Shown here piece by piece: positions 54,657-64,000 of a stretch of DNA of 64,000 nucleotides. Every line of letters begins with the position of its first letter. The stretch's first letter is position 1. Position numbers and translations under genes: made by a program. The DNA is from Larkinella sp. (GTDB taxonomy: Bacteria; Bacteroidota; Bacteroidia; Cytophagales; Spirosomataceae). The notes under the pieces were generated by a model, which did not search any database, had not been told where the DNA came from, and saw nothing but the letters and a program-made list of their open reading frames with translations. The stretch lies in NCBI RefSeq assembly GCF_965227735.1, contig NZ_OZ245776.1, positions 760,852 through 824,851 of the forward strand, read 5' to 3'.

Positions 54657-55814
54657 TTATTTAGAGATTCTTTGAACAGCTTCCCAGATTCGCTCTTTGG
54701 GCATACACAACGACACCCGGATGTAACGGTTTCCTTTCGGGCCAAAGATAAAACCGGGGGCAATGAAAATGTGCTTGTTGTAGAGCAGGTCATCCACCAG
54801 CGTTGCGGCCGATTCAATAGAATCCGGCAGTTTGGCCCACAAAAACATGCCCTCCTGATCGTTGGTGTAGGTGCAATTCAGGGCTTCCAGAAAAGCGGTA
54901 GCGGCTTCCAGACGGCCTTCATACACCGCGTTTCGCTCCGCGTGCCAGGCGTCCGAATTGGTCAATGCTTCGGCGGCCGCGTCCATAACCGGTTTGAACA
55001 TCCCCGAATCGACGTTACTTTTGATCGACAAAACCGCATCGATGTACGGTTTCGACGACGCCATCCAGCCAACCCGCCAGCCTGCCATGTTGTGCGACTT
55101 GCTCATCGAGTTCATTTCAATCACCACCTCCTTGGCCCCGTCAATGGAAAGCAGGCTGATGGGCGGTTTTTTATTCAGAACCAGGCTATACGGATTGTCG
55201 TGGCAAAGCAACAGACTATAGTCGTAGGCAAACCGAACAGCCTGCTCGAAGAGTTTTTGCGTGGCCGGAGCGCCCGTTGGCATGTGCGGGTAATTGAGCC
55301 AGAGAATCTTGGCATTGTCAGACACCAGTTCTTCCATTGCTTCCCAATCCGGTTGCCAGCCCCGGTTTTCCAAAAGCGGATAGTTGCGCACATGGGCACC
55401 CACCATTTTGCTCACGGCGTTGTAGGCCGGATAGCCCAGTTCCGGCACCAACACTTCGTCTCCTTCGTTCAGGAAGGTCAGCGAAATGTGCGTAATGCCT
55501 TCTTTTGATCCCAGAAGTGGCAGGATTTCCGTTTCGGGATCAAGCGAGACGCCGTACGTATGGGCGTAATAACCGGCAATGGCGTTCCGAAAACCGGGCG
55601 TTCCTTTGTAAGACTGATACCCGTGTGCATTCGGTTGCTGCGCCGATTGCGTCAAGGCCTGAATCGTATTGTCGGACGGCATCATATCGGGATTACCGAT
55701 GCCGATGTTGATCACATCGTGCCCGGCAGCCAGCAGTTTACGAACTTCGGCCAACTTGACCGAGAAGTAATATTCCTGCGTTTGTCCGGCACGGTGGGCT
55801 AATGGAATAATCAT
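54657..55814 (-). CDS. Class I/II PLP-dependent aminotransferase (aromatic-pathway associated)
   Basis: IGIGNPD, LLGSKEGI, NYPHMPTG, CHDNPY, SMSKSHNMAGWRVG. Confidence 0.95.
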   Translation of the reverse strand: MIIPLAHRAGQTQEYYFSVKLAEVRKLLAAGHDVINIGIGNPDMMPSDNTIQALTQSAQQPNAHGYQSYKGTPGFRNAIAGYYAHTYGVSLDPETEILPLLGSKEGITHISLTFLNEGDEVLVPELGYPAYNAVSKMVGAHVRNYPLLENRGWQPDWEAMEELVSDNAKILWLNYPHMPTGAPATQKLFEQAVRFAYDYSLLLCHDNPYSLVLNKKPPISLLSIDGAKEVVIEMNSMSKSHNMAGWRVGWMASSKPYIDAVLSIKSNVDSGMFKPVMDAAAEALTNSDAWHAERNAVYEGRLEAATAFLEALNCTYTNDQEGMFLWAKLPDSIESAATLVDDLLYNKHIFIAPGFIFGPKGNRYIRVSLCMPKERIWEAVQRISK

Positions 55815-55867
55815 TGGTTAATTCGGGTCGCCAAAGCGATCATTACACGGATAAAATAACGAGACCG

Positions 55868-55875
55868 CAAAAGTA
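55868..55875 (-). promoter_or_regulatory. -7 promoter box for aminotransferase-tyrA
   Basis: Minus strand TACTTTTG followed by CGG. Confidence 0.6.
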
Positions 55876-55891
55876 CGCTATTTCCGTGTAA

Positions 55892-58555
55892 TTACTCGCT
55901 CCGCAACGACTTCACCGGATTCATCAGGGCCGCCCGGATGCTTTGGAAACTGATCGTCAACAGAGCGATGAAAACCGCCAGGAGACCGGCCAGGGCAAAG
56001 ACCCACCACTCGATGTCTACTTTGTAGGCAAAGTCTTTCAGCCATTCGTTCATGGCCCACCAGGCCACGGGCGCGGCCAGCATCAGGGCAATGAACACCA
56101 GTTTCAGGAAGTCCTTCGACAAAAGGGCAACAATGCCGGCTACCGACGCGCCCAGCACTTTCCGGATGCTGATTTCTTTGGTGCGCTGCTCGGCAGTAAA
56201 CGTCGCCAGACCAAACAGTCCCATGCAGGAAATCAGGATGGCAATGGCCGTTGCGGTATTAACTAATCGACTGGTTTTCTGTTCCTTTTCGTAGAGTTGA
56301 GCAATCCGGTCGTCCAGAAAATCGTACTCGAATTTTTTATCGGGATGCACGGTTTTCCATTGGGCTTCAATGCTTGCCAGCGTCGCTTTCAAATCGTTGG
56401 CGGACTTGCCTTTCGTCGTCATTTTGACACCGATATTTCGGGCTTGCGGCAGGAGACCGATAAAAGTCGGATCAATTTTGTAGTGAAATGACTGCTCATG
56501 AAAATCGGCCACTACGCCGACAATGGGGTATTTTTTACCGTCAAAATCCAGGAATTGATTTAGCGCATCTGCCGGTTTTTGGAAACCCAATCGTTTTGCG
56601 AATGTGGCATTAATGACCAGTTCCCGGAGCGAATCGCTTTTGTGGAAGTTTCGGCCAGCCAGTAACCGAAGGTTGTAGAGCGGAATAAAATTCGCATCGC
56701 CCACTTTAGCTGACACATCCAGTTCAATTTCTTTTTTGTAGTGGTACTTCATTTTGGTCATCATGTAGCCCATGCCCATCGGCGGAAACCACTGCTTCGT
56801 CACCCGTTCGACGCCGGAAAGCTGTCTGATTTTTTCGGCCAGCAATTCGGTTTTTCCCACCCGCGCGGTCTTTACTTCAATAATGGCGTCGGTCGAAAAG
56901 CCCAGGTCTTTATTCCGGACGTAATTGAGCTGGCGTTCAACGATCAGCGATCCGCTTATAAAGGTCAACGAAACCGAAAACTGAAAGACAATCAATCCTT
57001 TGCGCAGATATCCTTTATTTCCACCTTTCAGCGCACTTTGCCCTTTGAGCGTCAGCGCGGGCAAATAAGACGATAGAATCAGCGCAGGATAAAAACCGGC
57101 CAGCAAAGTCGTTGTAATCGTGACGATCAATAAAAACACCAAGGTTTGCAGACTGAATAAGTCGAAAGTCAGGCCTCTGGGCGTGAGCGATTGAAATGCG
57201 GAAAGGATTGGATTGACAAGCACCAACGCAATACCAACAGCCAGAAGGGTCAGTAAAGTTGTTTCGCTCAAGAACTGAAAAATCAGGCTTTTCCGGCTAC
57301 TTCCCAGCACCTTCCGAACGCCCACTTCCTTCGACCGCTGCACCGATTGCGCCGTTGCCAGATTGATGAAATTGATGGCGGCAATCAGCAGGATAAAAAC
57401 TGCCACGCCCATCATGCCATATAAAGTGGGTAGGTGGGCTTTCCGGGCATAATTATCGGCATAATCCGCATTAAAATGCAGATCGGAAAGCGGTTGCAAG
57501 CCAGGTACAAATTTGAATTTATTCTGAAAATGACGACGGGAAAATTGTTGAAAAGAAGTCGAAAACTGCTCGGGTTTCGCGCCTTCGGGTAATTTTACAA
57601 ATGCCTGCGACGCCGACCAGAGGGCCTCCCACTGATCGAGGTCAATGCTCCCTTTCATCATCTGGTTACTGCGAATGGTTGCGAAAGAAATGAAATCCGT
57701 AAACGTGAAATCGGTCGGTCTGTCCCATTCCTTCACAATACCGCTCACCCTGACCCGAAGCGAATCCCAATAAATGACATCTTTCCCAATGATTTGTTCG
57801 AGTGGCAAATCGCCGAAGTATTTGCGGGCTTTTCGCTCAGAAAGCACGAGTTGATACGGTTCTTTCAAAGCGGTTTTCGGATCACCGACCAGCCATTGGT
57901 ACTTGAAAATGTCGAAGTACTGGGGTTCGGCAACGATAATCTCCTCATTGTCGACATTGTGTTTTCCGGCTTCAAACCGCTTCGGCTTTTCCTGCCCATT
58001 CGGAATTAAAACCGCTGAGTTGATATTGTGAAAAGCCGCGACCGTTCCCAGTCCCGTAACCTCGTTCCGAACCGCCAGCGGCATGCCATTGGGAACGAAA
58101 CCCGCCGGTCGGGTTTCTCCTTCGGGGTCGGACTTTTCAACCCCAACCAACCGATAAATCCGTTCCCGGTCGGGGTGAAACGTATCGTAGCTCAATTCAT
58201 AATTGGTAATCAGGTATATCACCAGACAGGCGGTTACGCCCAGACTCAGGCCGAAAAGATTGATCAGCGAACTAACCTTGTTTTTGGTCAGGTTTCGGAA
58301 CGAGGTTTTGAGATAATTGCGAATCATGACAGGATGCAGAAAAGAGGGTGACGGATACTGATTGGTCTGACGTTTCAGCGCAAAAGGCTTAATAAATTTC
58401 AACACATTAGCCACATACCGGTGGTTGGCTTTTCGGACGCCCACCTCCGCCAGATCCCGCCCGTAGCGTTCGTACAAATCGCCCTGCACCTCCTCCAGCA
58501 AGTGAGGAGCGCAAAAGAATTGCAACAATTTATCAGCATATCCAGGCGGCTTCAT
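55892..58555 (-). CDS. Duplicated MacB/FtsX-type ABC permease with N-terminal permease-prefix domain, paralog 1
   Basis: MKPPGYADKLLQFFC...EEVQGDLYE prefix; MIRNYLK; RSKEVGVRKVLG; QRTKEISIRKVLGAS; NPVKSLRSE. Confidence 0.95.
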   Translation of the reverse strand: MKPPGYADKLLQFFCAPHLLEEVQGDLYERYGRDLAEVGVRKANHRYVANVLKFIKPFALKRQTNQYPSPSFLHPVMIRNYLKTSFRNLTKNKVSSLINLFGLSLGVTACLVIYLITNYELSYDTFHPDRERIYRLVGVEKSDPEGETRPAGFVPNGMPLAVRNEVTGLGTVAAFHNINSAVLIPNGQEKPKRFEAGKHNVDNEEIIVAEPQYFDIFKYQWLVGDPKTALKEPYQLVLSERKARKYFGDLPLEQIIGKDVIYWDSLRVRVSGIVKEWDRPTDFTFTDFISFATIRSNQMMKGSIDLDQWEALWSASQAFVKLPEGAKPEQFSTSFQQFSRRHFQNKFKFVPGLQPLSDLHFNADYADNYARKAHLPTLYGMMGVAVFILLIAAINFINLATAQSVQRSKEVGVRKVLGSSRKSLIFQFLSETTLLTLLAVGIALVLVNPILSAFQSLTPRGLTFDLFSLQTLVFLLIVTITTTLLAGFYPALILSSYLPALTLKGQSALKGGNKGYLRKGLIVFQFSVSLTFISGSLIVERQLNYVRNKDLGFSTDAIIEVKTARVGKTELLAEKIRQLSGVERVTKQWFPPMGMGYMMTKMKYHYKKEIELDVSAKVGDANFIPLYNLRLLAGRNFHKSDSLRELVINATFAKRLGFQKPADALNQFLDFDGKKYPIVGVVADFHEQSFHYKIDPTFIGLLPQARNIGVKMTTKGKSANDLKATLASIEAQWKTVHPDKKFEYDFLDDRIAQLYEKEQKTSRLVNTATAIAILISCMGLFGLATFTAEQRTKEISIRKVLGASVAGIVALLSKDFLKLVFIALMLAAPVAWWAMNEWLKDFAYKVDIEWWVFALAGLLAVFIALLTISFQSIRAALMNPVKSLRSE

Positions 58556-58559
58556 ATCA

Positions 58560-58652
58560 TTTTAATATCGAATACTGAATGTTGAATAATGAATATCGAA
58601 GTAATCGGACCGCACTTCGATATTCGTTATTCAACATTCGATATTCAGTGTT
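58560..58652. repeat. NNNGAAT heptamer-armed hairpin, copy 2
   Basis: 26-bp stem at 58577-58602 and 58614-58639 with one T-G pair. Confidence 0.92.
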
Positions 58653-58657
58653 ACTTT

Positions 58658-61282
58658 TCATTCCGAACGCAGACTCTTCACCGGATTCATCAACGCGGCT
58701 TTGATGCTTTGGAAACTGATGGTGAGCAAGGCAACGCCGACCGCCAGCAAGCCCGCCAACGCAAACACCCACCATGCGATGTCGACTTTGTAGGCATAAT
58801 CCTGCAACCACCGGTTCATGGCATACCAGGCTACGGGCGTGGAAAAGACGATGGCGACCCCTACAAGTTTGAGAAAATCCTGCGAAAGCAGACCCACAAT
58901 GCTCGTCACCGAAGCACCCAGCACTTTCCGGACACCAATTTCTTTCGTGCGCTGTTCGGCCATGAAAGCCGCCAGCCCAAACAAGCCTAAACAGGAAATA
59001 AAAATGGCCAGAAACGCGAAGGAGTTGGCCAGCGTGCCGACCACGGTTTCGCTGCGGTACAATCGCTGAAAGGCCTCATCAGCAAACTGGTAGGTGAACG
59101 GAAACTTTGGATTCAGTTGTCGCCACATCATTTCCAGACTCGCCAGGGCTTGTTTGGTTTGGCCCGGCTGGGTGCGAATGATGATGTTTTTCCCCCCGGC
59201 GGCCGGACTCAATTTAGCAATGAACGGTTCGATGGCCACGTGCATGGAATTCTGGTGGAAATCGTCGACCACTCCGATGATCAAACCGGGTTTGCCCCAC
59301 AAAGTCAGCGGTTTTCCGATCGGGTCCCGGTAGCCAATCCGGCGGGCTGCGGTTTTGTTGATCAGATAACTGACCGAGTCGGTGGCAAAATCGCGTGAGA
59401 AATCGCGCCCGGCAACCTTGACTTTCAGGGTCTTCGTGAAATCATAATCGACTTGTGAAAACTGAAACTGGACGTTGGTGGCCGGATCTTTACCCGGCCA
59501 TTGGACGTTGCCCGTCGTGCCGAAACTGGTAGTTGGCGTTCCGTTCATGAACGTTACGGTCTGAATGCCCGGCATTCGGAGCAGTTCCTGTTTGAACGTT
59601 TCGTATTTGGCGGCCAAATCCCCCTCAGCCTGGAGGTAAATCATTCCCTCCCGGTCGTAGCCCAGGTTTTTGGTCTGGATAAAATCGATTTGCCGGTAGA
59701 CCATGATGGTTCCGATGATCAACAGCATCGACAGGGCGAACTGAAAAACCACCAGGCTCTGCCGGAAAAGTCGCGCCCCGGAACCAAACCGGATGCTTCC
59801 TTTCAAGATCCGAACCGGATTTAGTGACGATAAGAAAAGGGCGGGGTAACTGCCCGCAATCAAACCCGTGGCCAGGGTCATGACCAGCAAGGTTACCCAG
59901 AACGATGGGTCCGTAAACTGGAACGTGATGTGCTTCTCGGTCAGTGTGTTGAAGGTTGGCAATAGCATCCAGACCACGCCCACGGCCACCACCAGTGCCA
60001 GCGACGTCAGCACCATTGCCTCGCCAATGAACTGCCCGATCAGCAAGCCCCGACCGGCGCCAACCACCTTCCGAACGCCTACTTCCCGCGCCCGCTTCAC
60101 CGACCGGGCCGTGGCCAGATTCATGAAATTGATGCAGGCAATCAGCAGGATAAAAACCGCCACGACGCCAAACAACCGGACGTATTCGATGCGCCCGCCA
60201 TCCTGATAGCCGTTTTTGAAATTGGAATAGAGATACGCTTCCGGGTAGGGTTGCAGAAAAAGCTGAATATCCAACCCCTCCTTTTCCATTTTCGGATTGT
60301 ACTTTTTCAGAAAAGCCTTCATCTTGGCTTCCAGCCGACCGGGATCGGCGGCTACACCGTTGCGGTCAGTTCGAAGTTGGATGCGGGTTTGAAGCGCGTT
60401 GGTGCCCCATTCTTTGAGCCATTCATTGTGCCGCATAAAATCGGCCCAACTCAGCACATAATCGTAGGTTTCGGAGCTGTTTTTCGGCATCTCATAAACC
60501 GCACTGACCTGATAATCGTCTTTGTTACCGAGTCGAATGCTCTGTCCCATAGCCGCCTGCGGGCTACCAAAATAATTCTCCGCGAGTTTCCGCGAAATGG
60601 CAATGTTTGTCGGCCCGTTTAAGGCGGTTTCGGCCGTTCCGGCTAACAAGGGAAGACTGTACATTTTAAACCAGTCGGCACCGACAGCCCGGCCTTTTTC
60701 CTTGTTCAGCTTTTCGCCCACCGAAAACGTCAGTTCCTGCTCCCAGGAAAGGCCGGACGCGTAGACAATTTCCGGGAATTCTTTTTTCAGTTCATCAGCC
60801 AGCAAAGCGGGTGTTCCCGGGCTTGCCTCCACTTTGCCGTCGTAGAACTGGCGTTCCATGACGTTGTAAAGCTGCGGGCCATTGGCGTGATAGGCGTCGA
60901 CGCTCCATTCGTCCTGAATCCAGAGCAGAATGAGCAGGCTGCACGCCAGGCCAAGCGCCAGGCCCAGAATGTTGATGGTCGAAAACGATTTGTTGTGGGC
61001 GATGTTCCGCCAGGCGATTTTCAGATAATTGCGAATCATACCAGGATTCAGGAAAGAGATGGATGGATGTTCGTTCGCTTGTCGTTTGAAGAAAAAGGGC
61101 AATCCAGCCCGGGGTTTTAGAAAACTCAGCACTTCCCGCGCATATTGCCGCCGGGCGTAGGGGAGTCCAAATAGCTTCGCATTTCGCAAAAACCGCTCGT
61201 ATAAATCCCCCTGAATCTCCTCAAAAAGATGAGGAGCGCAGAAGAATTGTAACAGTTTATCAGCGTATTTTGGCGGTTTCAT
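58658..61282 (-). CDS. Duplicated MacB/FtsX-type ABC permease with prefix domain, paralog 2
   Basis: MKPPKYADKLLQFFC prefix; MIRNYLKIAWRN; KRAREVGVRKVVGA; NPVKSLRSE. Confidence 0.95.
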   Translation of the reverse strand: MKPPKYADKLLQFFCAPHLFEEIQGDLYERFLRNAKLFGLPYARRQYAREVLSFLKPRAGLPFFFKRQANEHPSISFLNPGMIRNYLKIAWRNIAHNKSFSTINILGLALGLACSLLILLWIQDEWSVDAYHANGPQLYNVMERQFYDGKVEASPGTPALLADELKKEFPEIVYASGLSWEQELTFSVGEKLNKEKGRAVGADWFKMYSLPLLAGTAETALNGPTNIAISRKLAENYFGSPQAAMGQSIRLGNKDDYQVSAVYEMPKNSSETYDYVLSWADFMRHNEWLKEWGTNALQTRIQLRTDRNGVAADPGRLEAKMKAFLKKYNPKMEKEGLDIQLFLQPYPEAYLYSNFKNGYQDGGRIEYVRLFGVVAVFILLIACINFMNLATARSVKRAREVGVRKVVGAGRGLLIGQFIGEAMVLTSLALVVAVGVVWMLLPTFNTLTEKHITFQFTDPSFWVTLLVMTLATGLIAGSYPALFLSSLNPVRILKGSIRFGSGARLFRQSLVVFQFALSMLLIIGTIMVYRQIDFIQTKNLGYDREGMIYLQAEGDLAAKYETFKQELLRMPGIQTVTFMNGTPTTSFGTTGNVQWPGKDPATNVQFQFSQVDYDFTKTLKVKVAGRDFSRDFATDSVSYLINKTAARRIGYRDPIGKPLTLWGKPGLIIGVVDDFHQNSMHVAIEPFIAKLSPAAGGKNIIIRTQPGQTKQALASLEMMWRQLNPKFPFTYQFADEAFQRLYRSETVVGTLANSFAFLAIFISCLGLFGLAAFMAEQRTKEIGVRKVLGASVTSIVGLLSQDFLKLVGVAIVFSTPVAWYAMNRWLQDYAYKVDIAWWVFALAGLLAVGVALLTISFQSIKAALMNPVKSLRSE

Positions 61283-61286
61283 GTGG

Positions 61287-61385
61287 TTTTAATATCGAAT
61301 ACTGAATGTTGAATAACGAATATCGAAGTAATCGGGCCGCTTTTCGGTGTTCGATATTCAACATTCAATATTCGTTATTCAGTGC
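61287..61385. repeat. NNNGAAT heptamer-armed hairpin, copy 3
   Basis: 61287-61335 matches 58560-58608 at 48/49; right-arm heptamers are in a different order. Confidence 0.92.
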
Positions 61386-61391
61386 TATTTT

Positions 61392-64000
61392 TCACTCCGA
61401 ACGCAGACTCTTCACCGGATTCATCAACGCGGCTTTGATGCTTTGGAAACTAACCGTCAGCAGCGCGATGGCCAGCGCCAGCACCCCCGCCGTGGCAAAC
61501 ATCCACCAGTGGATAGCAATGCGATACGCAAACCCTTCGAGCCACGAATCCATCGCATACCACGCCACCGGAACCGCCAGAACGATGGCGATCAACACCA
61601 GCTTGACGAAATCTTTGGCCAGTAACCCGATGATGCCCGGCACGGTGGCTCCCAGCACCTTGCGAACGCCAATCTCGCGGGTGCGGACCTGCGCCGTGTA
61701 GGCAACCAGACCGAACAAGCCCAGACAGGAAATCAGGATGGCAATGGTGGCAAACACGTTAAAGAGTGTGCCGGTGCGTTGCTCGGTCTTGTAGAGGTCA
61801 TCGAAGGTTTCGTCCAGAAAAGCGTAGTTGAAGGGAAACTCGGCATTGTATTGCTTCCACAACCGTTCGGCCGAAGCAATGGCCGAAGCAGCATCCTTTC
61901 CCGTCGTTTTTATAAAAATCCGTCCTTCATCGTTGGGGTAATAAAAAAAGATTGACGGCTCGATTTTTTGCTTCATAGAAGCGAAATGAAAATCTTTTAC
62001 GACGCCGATAATGGTTCCTTCTTTGTTCCAGAGTTTAAAACGTTTTCCTACCGGATTGGTAAGACGAGCCGCTTTTACGGCCGTTTCATTTAAAATAAAA
62101 TGCGTTGTATCCGTTACGGAACCGGTGAAGTTTTCACCCACCTTTAGCTTCATTTTAAAGAAGGAAATAAAATCCTTATCGATGGCCATGGGTCGCATCA
62201 TCATGGTCTCGCCCGCTTCTTTTCCATCCCATTCATTGCTACCGGTTTGCATACCAATCGACACAATATTACCATTTGATCGGGTCACGTCCGATATGCC
62301 CGGCTGATTCAGCAAATCGGCTTTTACCACCTCATAATGGCGTTGCATATCCCGCATATAAAAAGAAAATACGTAACTTTTATCATAGCCTAATTCCTTC
62401 GAGCGGATGTATTCCAACTGATTGCCGATGATCAAGGTCCCGGAAATCAGAATGACGGTGAACGCAAACTGCGTTACGACCAGAATCTTCCGAAAAACCG
62501 CATCGGTCAACCGCGCCGAGACTTTCCCTTTTAAGGCTTTCAGGGGTTCGAATGAAGAGAGCAACAGGGCCGGGTAGATGCTCGACACCAGCAGGGTGGC
62601 CGTGATGGTCAACCCGATTACCAGCCACATCCGAAGGTCTGTTAAATCGATGACGAGCTGTTTTCCCGAAAGCTCGTTGTAGAAAGGCATCAACACCCTC
62701 ATCAACCCAATGGCCAGCAGTGCCGAAAGCATGAAAAGCAGGGCGGTTTCAATGATGAACTGCAGGAATAACTGCCCTTTGGCCGCGCCGACGATTTTCC
62801 GCATACTCACCTCCTTGGAACGCAGCATGGAGCGGGCGGTGGAAAGGTTAACGTAATTGATGCAGGCAATGACCAGAATCAGCAGGGCAATGATGGTAAA
62901 CATGCGAACGGTCTCGATACCGCCATCACTGCCGTCCGACTTGTACAAATGCATGTCGGGCAGGGCTTGCAGCAGATACGTCAGATCGGTATCATCCGCT
63001 TTGTTCCGCAGGTGAATGTTCCGCAGTTTGGTGGCCAGAACCTCCGTGGAAACGCCCGGTTCGAGCAGTAAAAACGTGACATAGTTGAATTCATGAAAAT
63101 CGTTATCCTTGTTTCGGCCATCCTTCCGTTCCGCATAAATGGTTTTAAACCAGAGCGAAATCGGTAACAGCAGATCAAGTTCTCCGTTAAAAGCGGTGTT
63201 TTTCGGAAAATTCCGGATCACGCCGGTGACAGTAAAGCGGTTTTTTCCGTCGGCCGTAATCACTTTTCCAATGGGTTCGGCATCGCCAAAATACCGCCGG
63301 GCGGTGGCTTCCGTCAACACAACCGACTGGTCATTCGGGAACGGATTCGCCGGATTTCCTTTGATCAGCCCAAAATCGAAGATTGAAAACAGGGAAGGAT
63401 CGACAAAGGCCGAGCGTTCGCTGGTGAAGGTCTTTTCCTCATACTTGTATAGGCTGTAGAGACTGCTTTGGGTGATGCGAACGGCATCTTTTATTTCGGG
63501 CAGTTCCCTTCTTCCCATTTCAGCGATGGGCGCAACGGTGGACCGCCAGATTTGCTGGCTGCTTCCCGTTCCCACCCGGTTTTCAAGCCGGTAAATCTGG
63601 TCGGCTTTGGCATGAAACCGGTCGAAGCTCAGTTCGTCCTGCACCCACAGCAGAATCAGCATTCCAACGGCCAGCCCGACCGTCAGGCCGGTCATATTGA
63701 TGAGGGAGTAAAACCGGTTTTTCAGCAAATTACGCCAGGCGGTTTTGAAATAGTTACGGATCATAGCAGGTTGAAATAGATATACTTGTGAATACGCTAA
63801 TGACGTTTTTTTCCGGATTACGCCCGACGTTCGGCCCGGTCGCCGTCGCACAAACCCTAGCACTTCCCGGACATACTGCCGACGGGCGTACGGTTCTCCG
63901 AACAGCCGGGCATTCCGCAAAAACCGCTCGTACAAATCGCCTTCCATCTCCTCCAGCAAAGGAGGAGCGCAGGCCATTTCCAGCAGTCGGGTAGCCCAGC
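61392..64000 (-). CDS. Duplicated MacB/FtsX-type ABC permease with prefix domain, paralog 3 (5' end beyond the window)
   Basis: Frame stays open to 64000 (WATRLLEMACAPPLLEEMEGDL); MIRNYFKTAWRN; NPVKSLRSE. Confidence 0.94.
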   Translation of the reverse strand, partial: WATRLLEMACAPPLLEEMEGDLYERFLRNARLFGEPYARRQYVREVLGFVRRRPGRTSGVIRKKTSLAYSQVYLFQPAMIRNYFKTAWRNLLKNRFYSLINMTGLTVGLAVGMLILLWVQDELSFDRFHAKADQIYRLENRVGTGSSQQIWRSTVAPIAEMGRRELPEIKDAVRITQSSLYSLYKYEEKTFTSERSAFVDPSLFSIFDFGLIKGNPANPFPNDQSVVLTEATARRYFGDAEPIGKVITADGKNRFTVTGVIRNFPKNTAFNGELDLLLPISLWFKTIYAERKDGRNKDNDFHEFNYVTFLLLEPGVSTEVLATKLRNIHLRNKADDTDLTYLLQALPDMHLYKSDGSDGGIETVRMFTIIALLILVIACINYVNLSTARSMLRSKEVSMRKIVGAAKGQLFLQFIIETALLFMLSALLAIGLMRVLMPFYNELSGKQLVIDLTDLRMWLVIGLTITATLLVSSIYPALLLSSFEPLKALKGKVSARLTDAVFRKILVVTQFAFTVILISGTLIIGNQLEYIRSKELGYDKSYVFSFYMRDMQRHYEVVKADLLNQPGISDVTRSNGNIVSIGMQTGSNEWDGKEAGETMMMRPMAIDKDFISFFKMKLKVGENFTGSVTDTTHFILNETAVKAARLTNPVGKRFKLWNKEGTIIGVVKDFHFASMKQKIEPSIFFYYPNDEGRIFIKTTGKDAASAIASAERLWKQYNAEFPFNYAFLDETFDDLYKTEQRTGTLFNVFATIAILISCLGLFGLVAYTAQVRTREIGVRKVLGATVPGIIGLLAKDFVKLVLIAIVLAVPVAWYAMDSWLEGFAYRIAIHWWMFATAGVLALAIALLTVSFQSIKAALMNPVKSLRSE

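Noticed and set aside
1-64000. tRNA, rRNA, riboswitch, IS or prophage
   Set aside because: No cloverleaf, rRNA-like tract, recognisable aptamer, transposase, integrase or phage gene was seen by eye. An Infernal/Rfam scan would be needed to exclude small RNAs.

Overview
Chromosomal window from a Bacteroidota genome. Gene content, TAnnTTTG -7 promoter boxes and intergenic style point to Cytophagales, Spirosomataceae-like (inference). It is mostly housekeeping and envelope genes: tilS, OstA-like, bamD-rpoZ-coaBC-porD-recN, SCO/cytochrome c, lptC, coaX, mscS, rho, htpG, dapF, rplS, nnr, feoAB, ccmBCDEF, a TolC/MFP/ABC cassette with a LytS/LytTR pair, tyrA, and three tandem orphan ABC permeases. 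I found no rRNA, tRNA, CRISPR array, transposase, integrase or phage gene. Three real genes are missing from the ORF track: a truncated Nudix gene, a 41-aa partner of the sodium:solute symporter, and a probable 55-aa membrane protein. The best candidates for undescribed biology are: (1) an operon of a membrane-anchored double-OmpA protein plus two paralogous membrane-anchored helix-hairpin-helix proteins (25.7-27.8 kb); (2) an accessory patch at 50.8-53.7 kb with REP-like hairpins, a 9/45-bp tandem array and a solitary GTPase-DUF697 protein resembling animal immunity-related GTPases; (3) many intergenic hairpins whose arms are built from shuffled 7-10-nt units and which abut start codons inside operons; (4) an 80-aa Sm/Hfq-like candidate between porD and recN; (5) a 19-heptad coiled-coil protein with its own promoter. 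All family assignments come from motif recognition by eye; no searches were run.
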